DNA of 64,000 bases, from positions 141,134 to 205,133 of the forward strand of contig JBGRQA010000005.1 of the NCBI GenBank assembly GCA_041725895.1, given 5' to 3'. The DNA comes from Marinifilaceae bacterium (GTDB taxonomy: Bacteria; Bacteroidota; Bacteroidia; Bacteroidales; Marinifilaceae). The notes under the pieces are model-generated. The model had not been told where the DNA came from and did no database searches. It worked only from the letters and a program-made list of their open reading frames with translations. The stretch's first letter is position 1, and each line of letters opens with the position of its first letter. The position numbers were made by a program, and so were the translations under genes. Below, in pieces: positions 59,853 through 64,000 of this stretch.

Positions 59853-62717
59853 CTATCTATTCAATTTCCTTCTCCGGAAGAGGTAGTAAATTGGAAAGCA
59901 AAAAAGTAGTAGTAAAGCCAAATATTTCCCTTTGGAAACTACTCCTCCATCATACATAACCGAAGTATCGCCCAAAGTAACATAGCCCGACCAAAAATAG
60001 GGATGAGCTTTTAAAGGATCCGCATTTTTAAGGTATTCCATTTTTGCTGCCCTCAAAGCGGCGTCTTTGGACATACCTTCCCCCAGAAATTGATAGAAAT
60101 AGGTCATTAAACTGGATCCGGATTTATCCTCTACAGTCCACAATGTCATCACAATACTGGGACAACCTGCATAGAAAAAACCACGTGCCAAACTCATCAC
60201 CCCTTCCCCTTTCAACAATTTTCCATCGCCGGTATTGCATGCACTCAAAACAACCATTCGCGCATTAAAATTCATATTATAAATCTCATGCGTATTCAAC
60301 AAGCCATCCTCGCCAGCAGACTTATTTTGTGTAAACACCAACTTCGAGAACATGGGATTCTCATCATCGATAATGGTATGCATGGCCAAATGCAAAACGT
60401 CGTAGTTGATTGCATTCTTCTTAAAATTTTCCTCTGTAGCCAATTCATCCACATACAAATCGCCTTCAATTACTTTCGAAATATTCTTAACCTCCTCTTT
60501 TACACCAGGCAAAGGAAATAGCTTATCCCGATAAGCAGCTCTCTCCACATACAGTATAGAGTCACTCACATCGTTATAACTGGGAGCGAAAGCCAACAAT
60601 ACTTTTGAGGATTCGTGCTCTTTCTGGGTATTTTTAAAACCAAGAGTTGCCGAATTTTGATAAGTAATGGTATGATCCTTCAGTAAGTAATCAAGATTCC
60701 TGTAATTGATCTTACTTGAATCCCCATTCTGTTTTAACAGTACACCAAAGGGCAAATAGGCCAACTTATCATCGGGAACTATGACCAATTTTTTCTGATG
60801 AATCATAGAATCAAAAGAAAATAGTAATTGTTGGTAGAGCTGATGTGCCGAATGGATATAGGTTTTATAGTATTCAAAACTATTTTGTGAAAAATCGTTG
60901 GTTTTTAGACACTTCCGAACAGATTCAATGTTCTTATCCAACTCAGATTTATTAATGGATTGGCGCTGAATCTGAAAATCATTGGAAGAAATGATGAAAG
61001 AGAAGAGCGCCGAATCGGAAATGGAATACTCCACAAATACCTCTCCCTCCCCCAAATGTTCCTGAAGTTCCTTAACATCAATGGTTCGGGCATCATATTT
61101 CAAAGCAAAGTAATCAGGATACTCCAGCTCGAAGGTTTTCACCATCTCCTCGTACTGAACATTCAGGTTGAAGAGCTCATTCTGCCATTCAGCTATTTTT
61201 TTCCGGCTGGGCTTCAGCTTCTTTCTTTCCTCATAAACAGCAGCCCTGTATTTGGCAATCCCCTTCCTTACCTCCTGTTCCTGTTTCTGCAGTTCGGCAG
61301 GAATTCCCCCAAATTCTTTGGCGTTTACATCTCGCAGAGAGGCCATTAAACTGGCTGACTTGGAGCGCTCAGCATAGTAGAAGGCTTTCTCCTTATAGAT
61401 ATACTCCCCGGTCTCCTTGTATAGCTGAAGCGCTAATTCAATCGATTTGGTATAGGTTTCCTTCTCGTTTTCAGAAAGTATTAACCGGCTCTCCTCGTCC
61501 TGGTAGGCGATTCGAATTCGGTCAATAGTAACCAGGCACAGATCAAAAGTTTCCAATGCTATCTTCAGATCCTTAATCTCCCTGGTATCCTTAGCATACA
61601 ATTCATAGAAGGCGTAGGCTTTCCCCTTTAAACAGGAAAGAATCGAAATCTGAGGATCAATCTGTTCCTGAATTGGATTGTGATAAATATTATTATCGGA
61701 ATAATTCTCCAACTCCGAATTCAGGGATTTTTGGAAATAATCAAGCGCCTTTCTTCTTTTTCCCATCTTTAAGTAAAAGGTCCCGTAATTGTTTAAGCAT
61801 TGGGCAATATAGGGATTTGATCCTCCCATATTTTTTGAATAAACCTGGTAAGCTTTTCCAAGATTAAGGAGAGCCTCCTCATTTCTCTCATGAGCAAAGA
61901 GGAATACAGCGAAATTCATGTACAAATTCCCTAGGAGATAAGAATCTATAGAGTTATTCCGAATAGTCTCTTCAATACTCAGTTTGTGATAATAGATAGC
62001 TTTCTCAAAATCTTTCAGATGGTTGTAGCAATTGGCCATATTGGTATAGTTACTACTCAAATCCTTTACCCTGAATTTTTTCTTCAGATCCAAACTTTCG
62101 GAATAGTAACTCAAGGCTTTACCCCATTGCTTCTTGTTCTTACAAATAATCCCCAAATTATTATACAATAAGGCCAACCAGCGTAAATTCTTCTTAGAAT
62201 CCTTTTTTAAATTAAACAAAGCCTCGTTGTAGAACTTCTCCGCTTTCAAAATATCTCCCCTGAAAGTATAGATATTCCCCTGATTCAAGTTTATCAACCC
62301 CAATTTGTTAAAATCATTTTTGAAATGAAGCTGTACCAAATTCTCCGTCCTCTGATAGAATTGAAGCGCCTCCTCCATTTTCCCTAATTTTTTTTTGAGT
62401 ACTCCAAAATTCATATAAATCCGGTAGGCCAAGTTGGGATCAAAGTCAGAGCTTTGTTCTAACAACTCAACTGTTTTCTGAAAGGATTCCTCTGCATTTA
62501 TAAAATCACCATTTCTCAAAGCTCCAACGGATTGATCATATAAAGCTTTCAATGAAGTATCCTGCTGAAGAATCGATTTCTCATGAGTAGGAAAATGGGG
62601 GGCTGACCCCACTGCATAGCCATCCCTGCCCATCAAAAAACAGAAGAGGAGCAGTAGAAATAAAAAAATCGTACTTTTTTTTCTTACAAGGGTGTCAAAA
62701 GCTAAGAACCTGAACAC
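59853..62717 (-). CDS. TPR-repeat CHAT-domain protein (caspase-like protease fold) with signal peptide and C-terminal TM anchor
   Basis: About 450 aa of TPR units, then a CHAT domain with a His/Cys dyad context (VLHLAMHT ... VVLSACNTGDG), then a terminal TM (YLALLLLFCFPIYYLF). It apparently uses a GTG start, so the start is uncertain. Confidence 0.8.
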   Translation of the reverse strand: MFRFLAFDTLVRKKSTIFLFLLLLFCFLMGRDGYAVGSAPHFPTHEKSILQQDTSLKALYDQSVGALRNGDFINAEESFQKTVELLEQSSDFDPNLAYRIYMNFGVLKKKLGKMEEALQFYQRTENLVQLHFKNDFNKLGLINLNQGNIYTFRGDILKAEKFYNEALFNLKKDSKKNLRWLALLYNNLGIICKNKKQWGKALSYYSESLDLKKKFRVKDLSSNYTNMANCYNHLKDFEKAIYYHKLSIEETIRNNSIDSYLLGNLYMNFAVFLFAHERNEEALLNLGKAYQVYSKNMGGSNPYIAQCLNNYGTFYLKMGKRRKALDYFQKSLNSELENYSDNNIYHNPIQEQIDPQISILSCLKGKAYAFYELYAKDTREIKDLKIALETFDLCLVTIDRIRIAYQDEESRLILSENEKETYTKSIELALQLYKETGEYIYKEKAFYYAERSKSASLMASLRDVNAKEFGGIPAELQKQEQEVRKGIAKYRAAVYEERKKLKPSRKKIAEWQNELFNLNVQYEEMVKTFELEYPDYFALKYDARTIDVKELQEHLGEGEVFVEYSISDSALFSFIISSNDFQIQRQSINKSELDKNIESVRKCLKTNDFSQNSFEYYKTYIHSAHQLYQQLLFSFDSMIHQKKLVIVPDDKLAYLPFGVLLKQNGDSSKINYRNLDYLLKDHTITYQNSATLGFKNTQKEHESSKVLLAFAPSYNDVSDSILYVERAAYRDKLFPLPGVKEEVKNISKVIEGDLYVDELATEENFKKNAINYDVLHLAMHTIIDDENPMFSKLVFTQNKSAGEDGLLNTHEIYNMNFNARMVVLSACNTGDGKLLKGEGVMSLARGFFYAGCPSIVMTLWTVEDKSGSSLMTYFYQFLGEGMSKDAALRAAKMEYLKNADPLKAHPYFWSGYVTLGDTSVMYDGGVVSKGKYLALLLLFCFPIYYLFRRRKLNR

Positions 62718-62802
62718 AAGATTTTTGCTGGGTTTTGTTAGTATTAGGAAATCTAAATATAGAGGAAAAATTTTACTTTTTTGAAAAAAACTTAGTTTTC
62801 GA

Positions 62803-62833
62803 GGGTTACCTTTTCGTGATTTTCGGAATAAAG
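62803..62833 (+). promoter_or_regulatory. alternative-sigma-type promoter motif, copy D
   Basis: GGGTTACCTTTT-CGTGATTTTC-GGAATAAAG, 42 nt upstream of small peptide gene 1. Confidence 0.65.
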
Positions 62834-62875
62834 GGATGTATTTAATTTTTAATAAACATCATTAATCCCTATACC

Positions 62876-62983
62876 ATGAAAAATTTCGAAACCCTAAACC
62901 AAGAAGAGCTGCAGGAAGTTAAAGGCGGATACAATCCTTACGAAATGAGAGAAATCGATGTCACCGATGACGCTATTGTTTAA
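62876..62983 (+). CDS. 35-aa double-glycine-leader peptide 1 (acidic 17-aa core)
   Basis: MKNFETLNQEELQEVKGG|YNPYEMREIDVTDDAIV. It is absent from the ORF track because it is under 60 aa. Support comes from the paralogue comparison. Confidence 0.75.
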   Translation: MKNFETLNQEELQEVKGGYNPYEMREIDVTDDAIV

Positions 62984-63017
62984 TCACTATATTAATTGAT
63001 CAAAATTTCCCTATACC

Positions 63018-63125
63018 ATGAAAAATTTTGAAACCCTAAACCAAGAAGAGCTACTGGAAGTAAAAGGTGGATACAATCCTTATGAAATGAGAGAAATCGA
63101 TGTTACTGATGATGCTATCGTATAA
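63018..63125 (+). CDS. 35-aa double-glycine-leader peptide 2 (identical core)
   Basis: MKNFETLNQEELLEVKGG|YNPYEMREIDVTDDAIV. Against copy 1 it has 10 synonymous and 1 non-synonymous difference (leader Q13L). Confidence 0.75.
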   Translation: MKNFETLNQEELLEVKGGYNPYEMREIDVTDDAIV

Positions 63126-63167
63126 AAAACTCTCAGAACTAATTTAATTAAAAAATATTTGTTTTCA

Positions 63168-63198
63168 GGGTTACCTTTTGATGGAAAACGGAATTAAG
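63168..63198 (+). promoter_or_regulatory. alternative-sigma-type promoter motif, copy E
   Basis: GGGTTACCTTTT-GATGGAAAAC-GGAATTAAG, 31 nt upstream of the histidine kinase ATG. Confidence 0.6.
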
Positions 63199-63229
63199 AA
63201 GTAAAGCCGGACCCTTAAAACACAAAAAT

Positions 63230-64000
63230 ATGGAGAAACGTCCAACATATAAGGAATTGGAAAGGCAACTGAAAGATGCTTTGCACAGGGCCCAGGAAGC
63301 CGAAGAGCTGAAAAATGCTTTTTTGGCCAACATGTCCCACGAGATACGCACGCCAATGAATGCGATTATCGGAGCGTCGGAATTGTTGCGAGACCAAAAC
63401 CTTACGGTGGCCGAACGAAATGAGTTTGCCAATATTCTCTCTACGAGCAGCCGTGAATTGTTGGAATTGTTTAACCGAATTATAGAATTGTCTGAGATGG
63501 AATCCGGACAATGCAAATTGAACGAAGCCGAATTGGATCTACAGATTCTTTTTCTGAAACTGTATTCTAAATACGAGGTCAGGATTAAGGAGGAGAAAAA
63601 GAACATAACATTATCCTACACACAGCAAATACCGGATATCTCCTTTTTCACCGATTCGGATAAACTGAACAAGGTATTAAGCCACCTTTTAGATAATGCC
63701 GTCAAGTATACAACCAATGGCAATATCGAATTTGGATGCAACCTACAGGATCATAATAATCTTTTATTCTACGTAAAAGACACAGGTCCGGGAATTAGCA
63801 TCAAAGAACAAGAAAATATTTTCCAGAAATTCCGGCAAATTGATAATTCCTATACCAGGGAATATTCCGGGGCTGGTTTGGGCTTAAGTTTAAGTAAAGA
63901 AACCGTAAAAATATTAGGCGGACGATTATATATTGACTCAATACCCGGCGAGGGTTCCATTTTTTACTTTACCCTGCCGTTGAAATATTCGGAAACGAAC
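63230..64000 (+). CDS. histidine kinase with no N-terminal sensor or TM domain (3' end outside the window)
   Basis: My own translation from ATG 63230 is open to the window end. It shows a coiled-coil N-terminus, H-box FLANMSHEIRTPMN, N-box LLDNAVKYT, G1 DTGPGI and G2 GAGLGLS. The ORF track lists only antisense ORFs here. Confidence 0.85.
   Translation, partial: MEKRPTYKELERQLKDALHRAQEAEELKNAFLANMSHEIRTPMNAIIGASELLRDQNLTVAERNEFANILSTSSRELLELFNRIIELSEMESGQCKLNEAELDLQILFLKLYSKYEVRIKEEKKNITLSYTQQIPDISFFTDSDKLNKVLSHLLDNAVKYTTNGNIEFGCNLQDHNNLLFYVKDTGPGISIKEQENIFQKFRQIDNSYTREYSGAGLGLSLSKETVKILGGRLYIDSIPGEGSIFYFTLPLKYSETN

Noticed and set aside
63148-63606. Minus-strand ORFs of 152, 98 and 61 aa listed in the ORF track.
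   Set aside because: They are antisense to a plus-strand frame that carries a textbook histidine kinase H-box, N-box and G-boxes. The antisense products are Ser/Phe/Leu-rich with no motif.
1-64000. A search for CRISPR arrays, rRNA genes, transposases, integrases, phage genes or long inverted or direct repeats marking a mobile island.
   Set aside because: I could see none. The only repeats are the tRNA-Val tandem, the two peptide-gene tandems, the five promoter motifs and the TGTTCCACGTG pair. The peptide locus therefore cannot be called a mobile element on this evidence.

Overview
The window looks like a low-GC Bacteroidota chromosome segment, judging by a PorP/SprF gene, the DUF4271-hemD pair, GH92/GH125/GH47 genes, TTTG/TAnnTTTG promoters and lipoprotein signals. 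I saw no rRNA, CRISPR array, transposase or integrase. It divides into three parts.

- **1 to 33.7 kb, housekeeping.** Genes include rnpA-yidD, ctp, polA, queD, ispB-like, deoC, dtd, lplA, uvrC, ade, mnmG and ybeY. A long minus-strand envelope operon holds dut, a TPR protein, DUF4292, an EnvC-like protein, DUF4175 and an RsbW-like ATPase.
- **34.7 to 43.4 kb, alpha-mannoside catabolism.** This minus-strand cluster runs GH125, MFS, ROK kinase, GH92, GH47 and an outer-membrane barrel, with no SusC/SusD pair.
- **43.6 to 64 kb, the most interesting part.** It is a peptide-centred accessory region made of two modules.
  - *RiPP/bacteriocin operon:* a small HTH protein, two paralogous double-glycine-leader precursors with a CxCDCWIGN core and a Pro/Thr tail, a radical SAM/SPASM maturase, a C39-peptidase ABC exporter and a HlyD adaptor.
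  - *Regulatory module:* a sigma-70-family factor translationally coupled to a TPR anti-sigma-like membrane protein, a TPR-CHAT protease-like protein, two tandem 35-aa GG-leader peptide genes that fall below the ORF-track cutoff, and a sensorless histidine kinase.

An identical 31-nt bipartite promoter-like motif, GGGTTACCTTTT-N10-(G/A)GAAT(A/T)AAG, links both modules. It sits in front of five transcription units: the HTH/precursor operon, a LytTR-only regulator, the sigma gene itself, the small peptides and the kinase.

I read this as an autoregulated alternative-sigma regulon. It may be a Bacteroidota counterpart of the Gram-positive Com/Blp peptide-pheromone and bacteriocin circuits. All functional calls rest on motif recognition by eye; no database search was possible.
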